This document shows positions 23,495-37,440 of a DNA stretch of 64,000 nt, in pieces. Each line of letters opens with the position of its first letter. Within the stretch, counting starts at the first letter, position 1. The translations under genes were made by a program, and so were the position numbers. The notes beneath the pieces were generated by a model. It saw only the letters and a program-made list of their open reading frames with translations, was not told where the DNA came from and ran no database searches. Source of the DNA: Callorhinchus milii (Eukaryota); the NCBI RefSeq assembly GCF_018977255.1, contig NW_024704742.1, forward strand, positions 41,108,001 to 41,172,000, given 5' to 3'.

Positions 23495-24035
23495 CAACAA
23501 TAACAACAGTAAAATTACATTCATATTGCGTCCTTCATGTGGAAGGATATCCCAGAGCGCTGGTCAGTTAAGGATTTGCACCCGAGCTGGGGGTTGGAAT
23601 CAATAGGGGTGAGAGAATGGCTGAAAGCACAGTCAAAGAAGAAAGTCTTGAGACAAGCCTTGAAGGAGGCAAGAGAGGGGGGGCGAGGCTTAGGATTCTG
23701 GGATGGAGGTCCAGAGGGTGGGAGCAGAAAGGCAGATGGCCCGATTGCCAATGGTGCGGCGGGCAGAGTTGAGGACATGAAGCAGGCCAGTGACTGCCAA
23801 GCAAAGGAAATTGACAGGTTGGTATGGCCTTAATAGATCGCAGAGCAGGAAGGGCTTTGAAGGCAAGGACGAAGATTTTAAACTCAATCCTCTGAGGGAT
23901 GGGGAGCCAATGGAACCGGGCGAGAATGGAGATTGTCGGTTCACAGAAGTTAGGACAGGAGAGGACATTTCTGAATAATTTGCATCTTGTGGAGGGAAGA
24001 GTTGGGGATACCGGTGAGCAGGGAGTTAGCATATG
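23495..24035 (-). mobile_element. L2 LINE 3' fragment
   Basis: ILARFHWLPIPQRIEFKIFVLAFKAL; SLASFKACLKTFFFD; (TTG)n-type tail. Confidence 0.9.
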
Positions 24036-24502
24036 TTGTTTAGTCACGGATCAACTTTGAAAACAGGACAATTTCTTTCTGCCTCTTCAACTCTCGCTGA
24101 ACTTTTCAAAGTATGGAATATTGCCTCATTCTGCTCGACTTGAACTACAGTTATGTGTGATCACGCACCTCTAGGGATGAAACTAAATCAAATGATATAT
24201 AATTGAACTTCATAATAGATGCCAGTTATTTTGGCTTCAGAAATTAACATCAGAATTACATGTTTAGCTGTACTTATAGTGTCCAGCATAGTAATCCTGC
24301 TGCAAAATGCCATTTCTACCACTTCCCTAACCTCTGAAAATCCCTCCTTGCTCATTATGCTCCAAGATACTATCCCATGTGAAGGGTGTGATATAAATTC
24401 AAGTTATTGTTATGATCATAAAATCCCCATTTATATATTGCAAGCCAGGTAGCATTAACTGAATGATAAAAGGTGATAATGTTATTCACTGATAGAATTT
24501 GA

Positions 24503-25352
24503 TCTATAGCACAGAAACAGCCCTGGTCAAAGTGACAAATGACATTCTGTCCATCTGCAACCGGGGCTCCCTCTGCCTCCTCGTTCTCTCTGCTACCTTC
24601 AACACCATTGAGAACTCTATCCTCATCTACCACCTCTCCTCTCACTTCAACCTTCATAGTTCTGTCCTTAAACAGTTAAGATTGTATCTCTCACACCGCC
24701 TCCACTTCATCTCCACAAACAGCTTCTCCTCTATGCCCCCAGACTGTCTTGTGCGGCATTCCTCAGGTATCTGTCCTTGGTTCCCTCCTCTTCAGTATTT
24801 ATATGCTCCCTCTTGGTGACATCATCCGCAGACATGGGGTCAACTTACACATGTATGTGGATGACACCCAACTGTACCTCTCTGCCTCCACCCTTGACTA
24901 CAGTACCACTGTCAGCACAGCAGTGGTCCTAAAGTCAAGGGTGGAGAGCTAATCTTCTTCAGTTGAACGTGAACAAGACCGAGGCTGTCCTGATTGGCTC
25001 CTGTCAGCGCCTCCTCACCTCAGGCATTGACAGCATCACCATCTGTGGATGCAAATTCCACCTCACTGAGCTAATCCGGAACATTGGCGTCTTGTTTGAC
25101 CCGCAATTATCCTTTCTACCCCACATGCGTGCCATGACCCGCTCTGCCTTCCCCCACCTCCGCAACATTGCCCGGCTCTGCCACTGCCTCACACTGCAAG
25201 CCGCTGAGACCGTCATACACGCATTCATAACATCCAGGCTTGACTATGCAAACTCCTTGCTTGTCGGCCTCCCCAATTCCTCTCTCATCCAGAACTCTGC
25301 AGCCAGTGTCTTCTCCCCCACCAGGCTCCGCGAACCTATCACCCCCAACCCC
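24503..25352 (+). mobile_element. L2 LINE RT-domain fragment, frameshifted
   Basis: [81 protein letters not shown]. Confidence 0.95.
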
Positions 25353-26349
25353 ATCGATCAAGAACACTTTGCTCTGCAGAAAAATCTTATTTGAGAAATG
25401 CAATTCTAAATGACAAATAATACATTGCTATATAGTTGCACAAATAAAATTAAATGCAATATTAAGATAATAATTAGGTTTAATGTGAAGTTAACCAGTT
25501 TTTGGTTTAGCTTCACAGGAAACGGCAACTTCGCTGAGCTCTTTGGGGTTGGGGGGGGGGAGAGAGTGTGGTGAGTGGTGGCTGCTGTATAGAATCACAT
25601 ACCAATGTAGCTTAGCGATTGCAACCTTCAACTTAACTAGAGGCATCCTGCAAGTGTACACACTGTTTAAAACCTTCCTCTTCGCCCTTGCCATTCATGG
25701 ATTACAGGGCAATCCTGTTACAGTGCAGTCATCTGTGTCCAAAAATTCAGAGACTGCTTAATGTACATTGTGAAAAAAATGTCAACTCCCAGGTGGTCAG
25801 GTCACCTTTGGGGTCACTTCCTGCATGCTGTGCGCACACCTGCAATGTGCAGGAAGCGCCCCAGACAAATTCAACCAATCGAGGAGGGTACTGGGGTGAC
25901 AATATTTTTTCACAGCACTTTGCCATTTCATTCACATTGGAATTTCAGAATTTTGCATGTTTGAATTCCAATATTAGTTTGATCATAAATCTCAATGAAA
26001 TTTGTTATCTGAAATGGATAAAAGAAAGTAAAATGCAAAACTTTTGGGGCTTTATCATGTGCCAATCACTAGTACTGTACTATCATTCCTTTTTTATGCA
26101 TTAAAATGAAATCCCATCTCACGATATGTCACCAAAGGATCATTCACATTTGTGATCAGTATTGCGATAGACCCTGGTGAAAAACAACTAGCTATTAATA
26201 ATCTGATAAAATACCTGGCTACTCTGCCTCTCTCATTGTAAAATATCAATCAAATCAATCAAATTGAGATGAGTTACAATCGTGCAATTACGCTCACATA
26301 TAAAAGAAAATTCATCAAAAATATTTTGTGGAAAAATTTGAATATTGCC

Positions 26350-26815
26350 TTGAGCTCATAGTCTTAGTTTACACTCTAGTGCAGTGTTTGAGAAGCAGGA
26401 GATTATCGAAGGTAGATCAGATGAGTCACTAAACCAAGGTATTGTCTTCCTGTTTTAATAAAAATGCTACTAGCACTACTAATAATGATGCTTGTATTTG
26501 TATAACACCTTAGTATGCCGTTGAGATATCTCAAAGTGCTTCACAGGATATACCGTAAAGTGGATTGACTGTATTTTTGTGGACAAATTATGTGAATGTT
26601 AAAAATCCTAGGACAATATATGAAAAGAGAAGGGAGTTTCGATAGTATTCTGGCCAACAATCTCTTCCACATGAGTTAGTCATTTATCTCATGGCTGTTT
26701 GTAAGACCCTGCTATTCATAAATGGCTTCTAGACTTCCCAACAAAAATAGTCACTACATTTGATAGTATGTAATTGTGAAGTGTTTTTGAGATAGTTCAG
26801 CATGATCAGATAATA
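26350..26815 (+). mobile_element. Family B Deu SINE with a nested family A tail (~26480-26590, minus)
   Basis: GATGAGTCACTAAACCAAGG, TTCTGGCCAAC and GGCTGTTTGT motifs, split by an inverted family A tail. Confidence 0.6.
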
Positions 26816-28059
26816 TAAAGCCTTAAAATTGACATCCTTTAGCCATTACTCTCATTAACAACTCTACTGTGGATATTAACTTAAATTGTATAACTAATGC
26901 CTATTAAACGATATTATCATGATTGTAGTATCTTTGATCTATCTGGCTCTCTGAATGCACTTCGAGTCTGTGTGCTCCTTGCTGTAATTAGTTTAAAGAT
27001 AATCATCTTTAAACTTTTAGTGCATGAAGTTCAGACCTTTCTCTGATTCCAAAAAACGCACAGGGTTGAAGTTGTCGTATGATTCCTGAGCCCACCTTGT
27101 CCACGGTATTCAACTGTTCAATTAATGTGAGGGTTAAATCATTCATTGGCTTTGGGATTGTTCATTAATATCTTGGCCAAATTATAATCTTGAACACAGG
27201 ACCAGCTATTCTGTTAGTAGTTAAATGTATCATCTTTGATCTTTAGGGATACGATGGAAACATTTCATTCTAAAAACACTGCAATGTGTTAATTAAGCAA
27301 CCTTAATTAGTTAGAACATTGACTGATCCCGTGGTGTGGTGTACTGAAGACAGAGCTCCACCCCCTTAACATTCTCAATGGTCACATCCGAGACCTGATG
27401 GCTGTCTGGCCTGTTTCTGCATTGTAATATTCTACGGTTCCAAGACAGGGCTCTTTTCAGCCTCAATTTTTTTTTAAGCGCGAGTTGAGCCTGCAAACCA
27501 GTACTCCAATCCATGGGCAGGCTTGTCCGATGATCGCTGAAAGTGGTTTGCAAACATTGAGAACCACTGTGACAGAGCCAGGGGAGTAGATCGGTCCATA
27601 CCTGTGGAGCAGTGAATGTCTTCAATTACTGACACACTGACAACCTTTATTAACAATGTGATAATGATCACTAGTGATAATTAATACTATGAGCGCCAAC
27701 ATTTCTGCTCCTACATTCCTAATTACATTTTGAGAGGAATGGGCATTTTGCCATGTTGTATATCAGATGCCAAAGAATGGTGGGATGTGAATTCAATCTC
27801 CTATACTGACCTAAGACTCATCCCAGTGGATAGGCTCCAACGAAGCTAAGTATATCTCTCAGGAAGAGAGGAAGAATTTGAAGCCAGTCCCATCACTGCA
27901 CCTCTGAGTTCAAGAGCAATAAAGGGTAAGGGCCTTTTCAGCAGGCTGCCCATGCATCTTCTCACTGCAACAGCAGCAAACACTGTAGGTGATGGAGGGA
28001 GAAAGCACGTAGAAAAATGTCAAGAGCATATTCACATATTGAAATTGTAACGCACTGGT

Positions 28060-28420
28060 ATTTAGCACAGATTGTTTTGGGCAAAGAAGACCCTTCTGCC
28101 CACATGATCTAATCTTTCTGGAACACACACCCTACCATGCTCCATCACAGTGGAAAGCTGTTTTTGAAATGGATCCAGTGTCCTGACCTCAACCATTCTT
28201 CCTGGTAACCTGTTCCAGTTGTCAATTACCCTCCGGGTAAAGAAATATCTCCTAATGTCTGTCCTGAAATTGCCCTTTGCATCCTTAAACCCGTGTCCTC
28301 TTGTTCTACTGTTTTGACCTATCCAAAAGTATTGTTCTGGGTTCACTTTCTCAATTCCATTTAAAATCTTAAATATCTCTATGAGGTCCCCTTTGAGAAA
28401 TCGCCTTTCTTCAACAAGAA
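28060..28420 (-). mobile_element. CR1 LINE 3' fragment
   Basis: SRTRGHGFK..FRTDIRRYFFTRRVIDNWNRLP. Confidence 0.9.
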
Positions 28421-31400
28421 GCAGACAGTTGTCACCTTCTGAAATACTGGAGTGATAAGAAGACAGAACACCCTTTAATTTTCATATACTTTAGTTTATT
28501 TAAAGCAAATTAAAAAGCCTAAGGCATGATCTGAATATGCAGCAACTGCAAAAAGTGAAAAAATATTCTCACTGTTGGTTTAGGCTCAACTGAGTGAGGC
28601 ATCTTCCTTACATTTTACCATCTCCATGGTACAGCTCTGCCCAGGGGCTTAATAAAGCAGCCTTTTGCACTGCACAGCATCTCATTTGAAGCAGCTTGCC
28701 CTGAATACTGTGATATCTTGAAAGGATGGTATCACAATTCACTGACATTTTTAAGGAACTTCAGACCTAAAGCGAAGGATTTAAAAAAATTAAATCTGCA
28801 ATTTTCTGCTCTGTGGGTGTTGCATCTGTGGGTGTTGTAAATAAAATACACTTTTGTGCCATTTTAAAAATATTCCTCACAGCCTAAACACAGTTTCTCC
28901 CGTATGGTGCTAAATCGTTGGATGTTACATTGCAAAAACTTCAATCATAAAAATCATGTCAGTTCGATTTCTAGTAGATTATGAAGAATAAAAAAGTTGT
29001 TACATTTTAATGATAACAAATATTGCCGCAACACTCTTTATTACACATGGAGGTCTCTTTTGCAATATTCACAAATTGGACTTGCTGTGTTAATTGCAAC
29101 TTCCGGTGGGCGAATAGCAGATCGTCAAAATCGCATCTGGTAAATCCTAAATCAGCAAAGAAAGAAAGACCAGTGCTTTGGTTGCACGCCTTTGTTGATC
29201 TGGGATATTCAATTTACTGTCATCGATTCATGATCAGATATTTACAAACAGTCACAATTAGTCATATAGAATTACACAGAATGTTACAGCACGGAAACTA
29301 GTTCATGCCGATGTTTATACTTCATATAAGCCTGCACCCCTTGTAATCCCATCTCCCTTATCTCTCTATTCCCTTCTCCCTTAGGTATACATTAAGTTTC
29401 CTCTTAAGTACTTTGATGATACACATTTATTGTGACTTTGAGTCAACAGCCTTGTTTTATCCTTTACTGCTTAATTTTATGAATATTGCAAATTAGATCC
29501 CATGGTGCTACAAAACAATAGCTGCCGTACTCAGTAATATTATAACACATAAATACATGAACAATCCACAGAGCTTTCCGTGATATCTCAAATTAGATGC
29601 TACAAATTATAAACTGAAAACCAGAGGAGCATAATGCGGAAATAAGGTAGAAATCTCAAACTGCAAGTCTCCTAGGCACTGCTTGGATTGTCCGTCACAT
29701 CAACTAAAAACTGCAGGTAACCTTTAATCAATGCATTTTACAAATGCATCACTGTCAATTATATATCTTATTTATTCAATGGAAATACCATAACTACCAA
29801 ATGAAGAACCATGAGGGTTTTTTTGTAAAGGAACACTAAAGGTTAAGCTATGTGCTGCTAGCCTTAACTAGTCTCCCATTGCTACTTCTGTATAGCGTGC
29901 CGAGCTCTTGAATAATTTATACCCATCTACTGTACTGAGGAAGGTTCAAGGTCTGTGCAGTACTGTTGTTATTTTTCAACCTAAATGGATTATCATGGTT
30001 GCATTTGGTGCATCTCCAATCTGGTCTACTGACGCACACATCATAAATTCAGTAGTTTACAGCAAATTACAGTTAGAGCCATTTGTTTTTTTTTAAACAA
30101 ATGAAATGTGTGTCTGTCGTTTCTTTTAGAAAAGTATTAATATTCAAGGGAATGTTTCCACAGCAACTCTAGTTTCTCATAAGGGTTTTACACAGCACAG
30201 ACACTGATGGGTTAAACCTGCACCTGCGCAGCTGACTGTAAGAATGGAAACCTTACTAACCATCTGCGAGATGGTGCCTTGCCTAGTAAACACACTCTCA
30301 ATCAACAGCCCATCCAACAGGGCGCTGTCATTTCTGAGGCTGATGGAGCTAAATTGAAGGAAACTATTCACAAGCAGTTGGTTGTGTCTTGCTTTCTTTC
30401 TTTCAAATAAAAAATACTTCTTTCAAATACAACAATGGTAACAAAGAGAAAAAGTGCATCGCAGGATTCATATAAAATATTGTTGAGAATTAAGGTTCCA
30501 TAAACACAGATTCTTCTTCATTTCAGAGTTTTCAAATAATGTTACACAACCAAAGGAATGTTCTATTACTCATAAACCACAGCTGGTAAATGTCACCACC
30601 CCCTGAATCCCAAGATAAAAACAAAACAAAAGGGAACCAAGTCTGAACGCAAGAACACAAAATATTGTCTGGGACATAAAAGACAAAAGCAGAAATGGTA
30701 ACGTTAACCATTGACCCCAAGCTTGCAATACCAATAGACCAAAGTATGAGGAGTACACACAGCAGAACTTGGGAATGCAAAGCCAATTTGTGGTGAAATT
30801 ATTTCCAAAAACATTTCCAGACATTCCAGTGCAATTGTGCTTTTTGTATCCAGTAACTTAGAATCATAGAATCTTACGAGGGAAGGCCATTACAAAGGAG
30901 GCCATTCAGCCCATCGTGCCTTTGCCAGCTCATTGGAAGAGCTATCCAACTAGTCCCACATAGAATCATAGAACTTATATACTTCTGGAGGTTATGTAAT
31001 TTAGAGATTTCCACTTTTTGAGAAGGATTATACAGATAGGACCAATGACATTCTGTCAGGACTTGACAATCTGTGATTCAGAAGGCGAGCAAAGTTATGG
31101 TTGCATCAATTGTCAAGGATCCCTCTCCAGTACAACTCTCCAGATCTTAATTCTATTTGAAAGTACAAGCAAAAAAATATATATATTTTACATATCTACT
31201 ATTTGTGTGTAAAATAATATTTAGATTGTCTTAAGGACTTCCAAATTTGTATCTATCAATTATTTAATTACAGTTAATAAAAGCTAATTTAGAGTCACTT
31301 GTAATTATTTTTATTGACTGTGTGCATAAATTAATGAAGGCTGCAAATTGCTCAGTGCACAAGCGTTTGCACATGGTTAAGCACAAACCTAATAACATGG

Positions 31401-33111
31401 GTTCTTAACCCAGTATCTTAAATAGCCAGTACATATCTACATGTTTTCCCTTTCAACATGTCAAAGCCCGAGATCGTTTCATCCCCTTACTTATTTTGTA
31501 TGTCTCTCATCACCAGTAATGGTCTGACAGGGTGACCAAGCCTGGGGTTCTGCATCTGCCTTAAATTGTATGAAGACAATGACAGTGTTAACCAATTCCA
31601 ACCATTTCCCAATAATTTAATAAAATCTACAGCAAAACAGGGCCTCCACATCTTGTTACATTCAGTTACATTACTAGTTCTAATTAATTTTTAATTAATA
31701 ATTTATTTTTACTCTTCACATGCACAAATCCTTTACAGATTTACATAGAATACGGCACTGAAACTAGTCTGTGCCAGTGTTTATACTCCACACAGACTCT
31801 CACCTCTCGTATTCGCCTCACCTATAAACCTCCATATACTCATGAAGTTTTCTTTTAAACACATTGATGCTATTTGTGTCCACCATAGCTTGCTGCAGTG
31901 ATCCTAACAACTGTTTGTGCAACTGAGCTATGTACTCAACAGTGATAAATTGTATTACAATAATACTCCACACGCATCTAAGTGTTTAAAAGTGTCTAGA
32001 TTACAAGACAAATTAGATTTTATTTTGTTTTATCGTGACCAGCAGAGATCATCCTCTGGCCTTAAATTACACACTGGTTAAAATATATTTAAAATAAATC
32101 TATTGCACAATAGCAGATAATACAATCACAAAGTTGAAGGTGTCACTTAAAAATGTAACATTTTTAATTACCAGATTTTCCAGGGTTCAAAATTCTCAGT
32201 GTCCACATACTCCAGGGAAATTATTATTATTAATAATATGTGCATTCATAAATAATCCTTATCTGGCTCCAGGGGTACATACAATAGATTGCTGCTGGAG
32301 TCCCTCATTCAAGTGGCCCTGCCTCCCCAGTCCAATTGCCAAAGTTGTCCTCTGAGAGAGAAGCTCAGCGCTAAGACACCGAAGTTTGTTGGTAACAAGA
32401 GATAATGGGACATTATCCGGGTAAACATGGCCGCAAATATATTACTTCCTAAAGGAAGTAGAGCCATTTATGTAAATAGTTTCTGGGGAATGAGTGCTAG
32501 CGGTAAACTAATAAAGAGAATGCTCTTGAAGGAATGACTGTCATGAAGGATTGGCAATTACTCCATTATCATGAGAAATCACTTGCGCTGCTGTTTTTAA
32601 TTTTAAAAAGATTTGGAGGTGGTGGAAAGGAATGCATGATATATTTTTCTTTTACGTCTCAAGACAACATTCTCAGCCAAGAAGGCAGTTAGATGGATAA
32701 CCAGCTAGTTCCTCTGATCCCATATGTGCACCTGCCCCTTTGGAACCTCTCCTCCCCCACCCTACCACCAATGTGCCTTTCCATCTTTAGTAGCTGCTGA
32801 GTCTCATTCAATAATCCCAGTGAAGACATTGTGGAGGAACAGGAGTTTATTATGCTGAGCAGTGAAACTCACCATGTTCTACCATTTTGTGTTACCCCAA
32901 TGGAACATTATGAAGCTGCACTGCTTTTATATTTATATCAGGAATATGTACGTTGGGAGCCAGAACCTCAATTTCAGAGTAGTTTTGAGAACCAGATATG
33001 GTGCTGTGTACTCAAAGATTACGACATGACTTTGACCTCATAACCACCAAGATTTTGAAATTTACTGCATTGTTTATTAAATCATAATACTGTGCAGTAC
33101 ATAAAAGTTTA

Positions 33112-33728
33112 AAGGTAGGGTGGAGCAAGCCCGCGGAGGACTTTAAAGGTGAGATCAAGGATCTTGAACTTGATCCTCTGGGGGATGGGGAGCCAGTGGA
33201 GACGGGCGAGGATAGGGGTGATCGGCTCACGAAGCTTAGTGCAGGAGAGGACACAAGCTGCAGAGTTCTGAATAATCTGCACTTTGTGGAGAGAAGAGTT
33301 GGGGAATCTGGCAAACGGGGAGTTGCCGTACTCGAGCTTGGACATAATGGAAGTGTGGATGAGGGTATTAGCAGTCTGAGGGGAGAGACAGTGGTAGAGG
33401 CAGGCAATGTTGCGAAGGTGGGGGAAGGCAGAATGGGTAATGGCACAGATTTGGGGATTAAAAGATAGTTGAAGGTTGAACAAGACACCAAGGTGGCTCA
33501 GCGAGGTGGAGAAAGCATCCACTAATAGTGATCTTGTCAACGCCTGAGGTGAGGAGGCGCTCATAAGAGCTAAGGAGGAGGACCTCTATCTTTTCGACAT
33601 TCAACAGTAGGAAATTAACTCTCATTGAGGACTCAATGTTGGACAAGACAATCCAGCAGGACAGCAGTGGTGCTGGGGTCGAGGATGGAGGCAGAAAGAT
33701 AGATTTGGGTATCATCTGCGTACATGTT
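33112..33728 (-). mobile_element. L2 LINE fragment
   Basis: MY.DDTQ remnant; NFLLLNVEK.E; IIQNSAACVLS..ITPILARLHWLPIPQRIKFKI. Confidence 0.92.
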
Positions 33729-34288
33729 GAAGTTGGAGGGTTATGACTAAGAACTGTCAAAATGCTTTTAAGATCTGCAATGTTTTTGGCGGATTCCAGG
33801 AATCACCATCAATCTTGACATTGTCACAGGAATTGATGACAGACCAATGTGGCTAATAACCAGCCACTATTTCATTTGAAAACCAAGAACTTTGAATGAA
33901 CAGAACTGAACTACATGCTGGAAGGACAATTGCCATAGATATCAGTCCCCTAACATTACCTAAGTCAAACTCCCCTTTGGGTGGGAAACTTTACCCATTT
34001 TCTCGTGCAGCAAAGCTCCACCCTTGGGTCAGTGAATCCTTCTGGAGGGGGAAATCTGGATAACATTGTGCCAGTTTCTAATTCCACCGGTTCTCTGGCG
34101 GGGCTGCTGCAACCTAATCTTCTGAGGTTGACCCAACCACTGGGGGGGATCGAGAAGCTGGTATATTTTCGCATCAAGATAATTTCCCACAACCTCGGAT
34201 GTCTCCTCCATGGTTCAACTCCTTATGCAGGTTGCAATATACCATGCTTTGAGATGTCTTCCTGATGTGAAATGTGCTATATCATTTG

Positions 34289-35269
34289 GAAGCATCATTG
34301 TTGCTACATTATTATTATTATGCTAAGGAGAAGCTGCATACCGTTTCTGTATCTCAAGGTCCATATTTGTATGTGTGAATCTGAGAGAGATGAAAGAGCA
34401 CAGTGTTATGAGCTGCACAAACTGGAACTAGAAGTGGAAAAGGCACAGAGATTGCATGATTTTGAAGTGCAGAAGTTTCAGAAAGGGATTAGGAGCCAGA
34501 AAAGGAGAAGGGAAGAGAGTTTGGGCTCAAGATTGGCCTGGCAAAAATTGGCACAATCTCTTTCAAATCAGTGATCTAGACATGTTAACTAGACATCTGT
34601 AAACTCCACCTTAATCACAAGTTTCAATAAGAGATAATGAGACACGTGGATTTTCAAGGGGGCTTGAATTATGAGTAATCCAGTACAATTGGACCCAATC
34701 TATCCAAGTAGAATATTTAGTACCATCTGGTAAACAGTAACATTTATCATATTGTAAGTAGATCATTTTGTTTCCTCAGATCTGGTGCCTGAAGTATATA
34801 GCCTTAAGTTTGTTATTTCAGAAAAGGAATTGTAAGACGCTTGAAACAGATATGTGACATATATGGAACAAATGGAAAAATAAATGCTGACCAAATATTT
34901 GAACTGATGCAAACAGCTAATTTTATTATTAGTGCGTGTAGTTATTAAGCTACATGATTCTAGAGCGGGTGACTTAATTGCAGAAGAATAGGTGGATGAG
35001 GCTTTGCATTATCTGGTAGGTGACCGAGACACTGAGCACCTTAAACTGGTACTCTGGTCATAGAAGACTGGCCATTGAGAACGCATATCTTTCAATTGTG
35101 TTAAGATGTGATATCATTGAAATAACTATTGTGAGAAGAAAAGATCTGGGATATTCATGGAGACAGAACAGAAGCATCGTTGTTGCTACATTATTATTAT
35201 TATTACACTAAGGAGAATCTGCATACCATTTCTTATCTCAAGGTCCATATTTGTATGTGTGAATCTGAG
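34289..35269 (+). repeat. ~97-bp direct repeat pair (34289-34385 and 35171-35269)
   Basis: GAAGCATC.TTGTTGCTACATTATTATT..CTCAAGGTCCATATTTGTATGTGTGAATCTGAG occurs twice with few differences. Confidence 0.95.
34386..35170 (+). mobile_element. Decayed Gypsy (Gmr1-like) gag fragment
   Basis: ERAQCYELHKLELEVEKAQRLHDFEVQKFQ coiled-coil-like stretch and LVPEVYSLKF (~34782-34811), resembling the LVPEAYRQKF motif of Gmr1-type Gag; many stops. Confidence 0.5.
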
Positions 35270-36639
35270 CAAAAATGATGCCCATCTCGACATTGCAGTG
35301 TAAGACATCTCAGAGACATAGAACACACACACACACTTCAATAAAATGGTGACTAGCATACATGTAGATTGTATTTAATCATCTATGCTTAAACTTATAG
35401 CGTTCAGTCTGTTTCATAACCTGAGACGAAAAAAAATTCATGGCCTCCATTGTCTTAACATTTGATTCTGAGTTATGTAGAATTTTGAAGAAAAGTCACA
35501 CTTAATTTGGAAGTCAACACTCTTAAAGTTTAGACCATGATATCTATCCAGCTACTTTTTTTAAAAAAAAGTTGGACACAATTTTATTGATTCCTTTCAG
35601 TAAGTGTGTGGAACGCATATCCACTGCTCTACAGTGAAATTAAAAAAATTGAGGGCGCACAAGAGATGTCAGCTGCATAATTCCAATCCCTTTGCTGCTT
35701 GGATCTATTTCCTGCTGTACAGGGTCAATGCTGATAGCCCATAATAGAGGACGACCCAGACAAGAACAGATGCCGACGGGACCAGTAAGTTATTGCGTTC
35801 TTGCATTACATTTTGAACAAAAAGGTCATTTTATTTTAAACAAAAATCTCTCCCGCAAGCAAATAGCCAGAGATGGTGAAGTGCTGTAAATAGGGAAAAT
35901 ATAATTTTTCATGAAAAATCATGAAATATAAAACCTCAAGGTCACTCCTTTCACAGTATCACTGCAGTAAAGACAAAGTCCCCTTGTAGATTTACAATTC
36001 ATGGATTCATCCAACAAACCACCAATACTCTGACCTATGTGCCCAGTCTGTTTTGCAGTCCAGACTGACAGAATCTATATAGGATTTCATAATGTACTTT
36101 CATGCAGCTGGTTTCTTTCGGTTAGTTATACAGTAGTTCTTTTTTTTGATAGAAGGGAAAAAAGTAGCAATGCAGCAGTGTTTCCAATACTGGTGCATTG
36201 CTACTTTCCAATATATTTTCCAAAACTGTATTCACAACTCTGGAAAATCACATTCACATCTTCTTAAAATACAAGAAACCAGACAAAAGGTACAGTCCAA
36301 TTCCTAAAACAAATACATCTGGAAACAACTATGGCAGACAGACAAGTCATGGAATCCCAGCATTCTTGCATTAATGGCAATTCAGTAAAGAAAACAGAGC
36401 AAGTGATTTACAAACCCAGTGTAGAGTTAAATTTGCTGAGGACACCAAATTGGGAACAACTGTGGAATTAGAAAAGGTTGCAAAAGGTCCTATATGTAGC
36501 TCGTGGCGCTATGGTTCGACAATGCTACCCTATCGGATGTGAGTACCAAGACTATTGTAGCCAGAATCATGCATTATGATTATAGTGACATTGGGAATGG
36601 AACTTATACAGTGCACATAGGGAGAACGTATCAAACTGC

Positions 36640-37440
36640 TTTACAAAGATGTCGTGAAACCCAAGCTAAGTTGATGGCTGAAGGTGTAGTAAAAGATAGG
36701 TCTTTAGATGTGTTTTTAAAGCAGAGAGAGCAAACAAGGCAGAGAGATGTTGAAAGAGTTCCAGAGGCGAAGCAAGCAGGGAGGGCAGGCTAGAGTGAAG
36801 AAATGAAGAGTGTGGATGGGGTGTAAGGTCACAAGAGATCACAGAGGTGGGGTGTGGTAGGGTGTAGCAGTACCTCAAAAGCATTTGAGAAAAAAAACTA
36901 GTCAATTCATTGGTGCACAGGGAGCCAGTGGAGCCTGGTGAGGATGATGTGATGGAATCACAATGCTTAGTGTGGAAGAAGATGTGAGTTGAAGCCCTCA
37001 TGAACACGGCACATGGCTGCAGGGGCAGAGGAGAAGCCATTAGAAGAGACAAGAAGACACTTGAGAAGGTAGGAGTAAAACAAAGAAACTGAAAAGCCAC
37101 AGTGGTATATAAAGGAGGAGAAATGTTTCAGGATGAAATGGTCAACAGGGTCCAAGGCAATAGTGATCAGGGGAAAGGAGGTACAGGGGGTTCTGGTTGC
37201 AGATGGCGTAGATGTAGTTTGTAACTTGTAGGTTACATGTAAGTTTGTAACTTACATATAACTTGTAAGTTTGTAGTTTGTTGAGAGCTGTCTCAATTCT
37301 GTGAGCAGGATAGAAGGTAGATTGCAGGGAAATGTACTGGGAATCGTAGGAGAAGAAGGAGGGAAGTTGGAAAGCAACTTTGAGGAAGAACAGGTTGGAG
37401 AAGGAGTGATAAGTAAAGTGTTTGGAGGGGTTCAGTGGAT
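36640..37440 (-). mobile_element. Old L2 LINE fragment with a low-complexity insertion at ~37215-37280
   Basis: QSTFYPAHRIETAL; HWLP-type remnant; ALKTHLKTYL. Confidence 0.7.
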
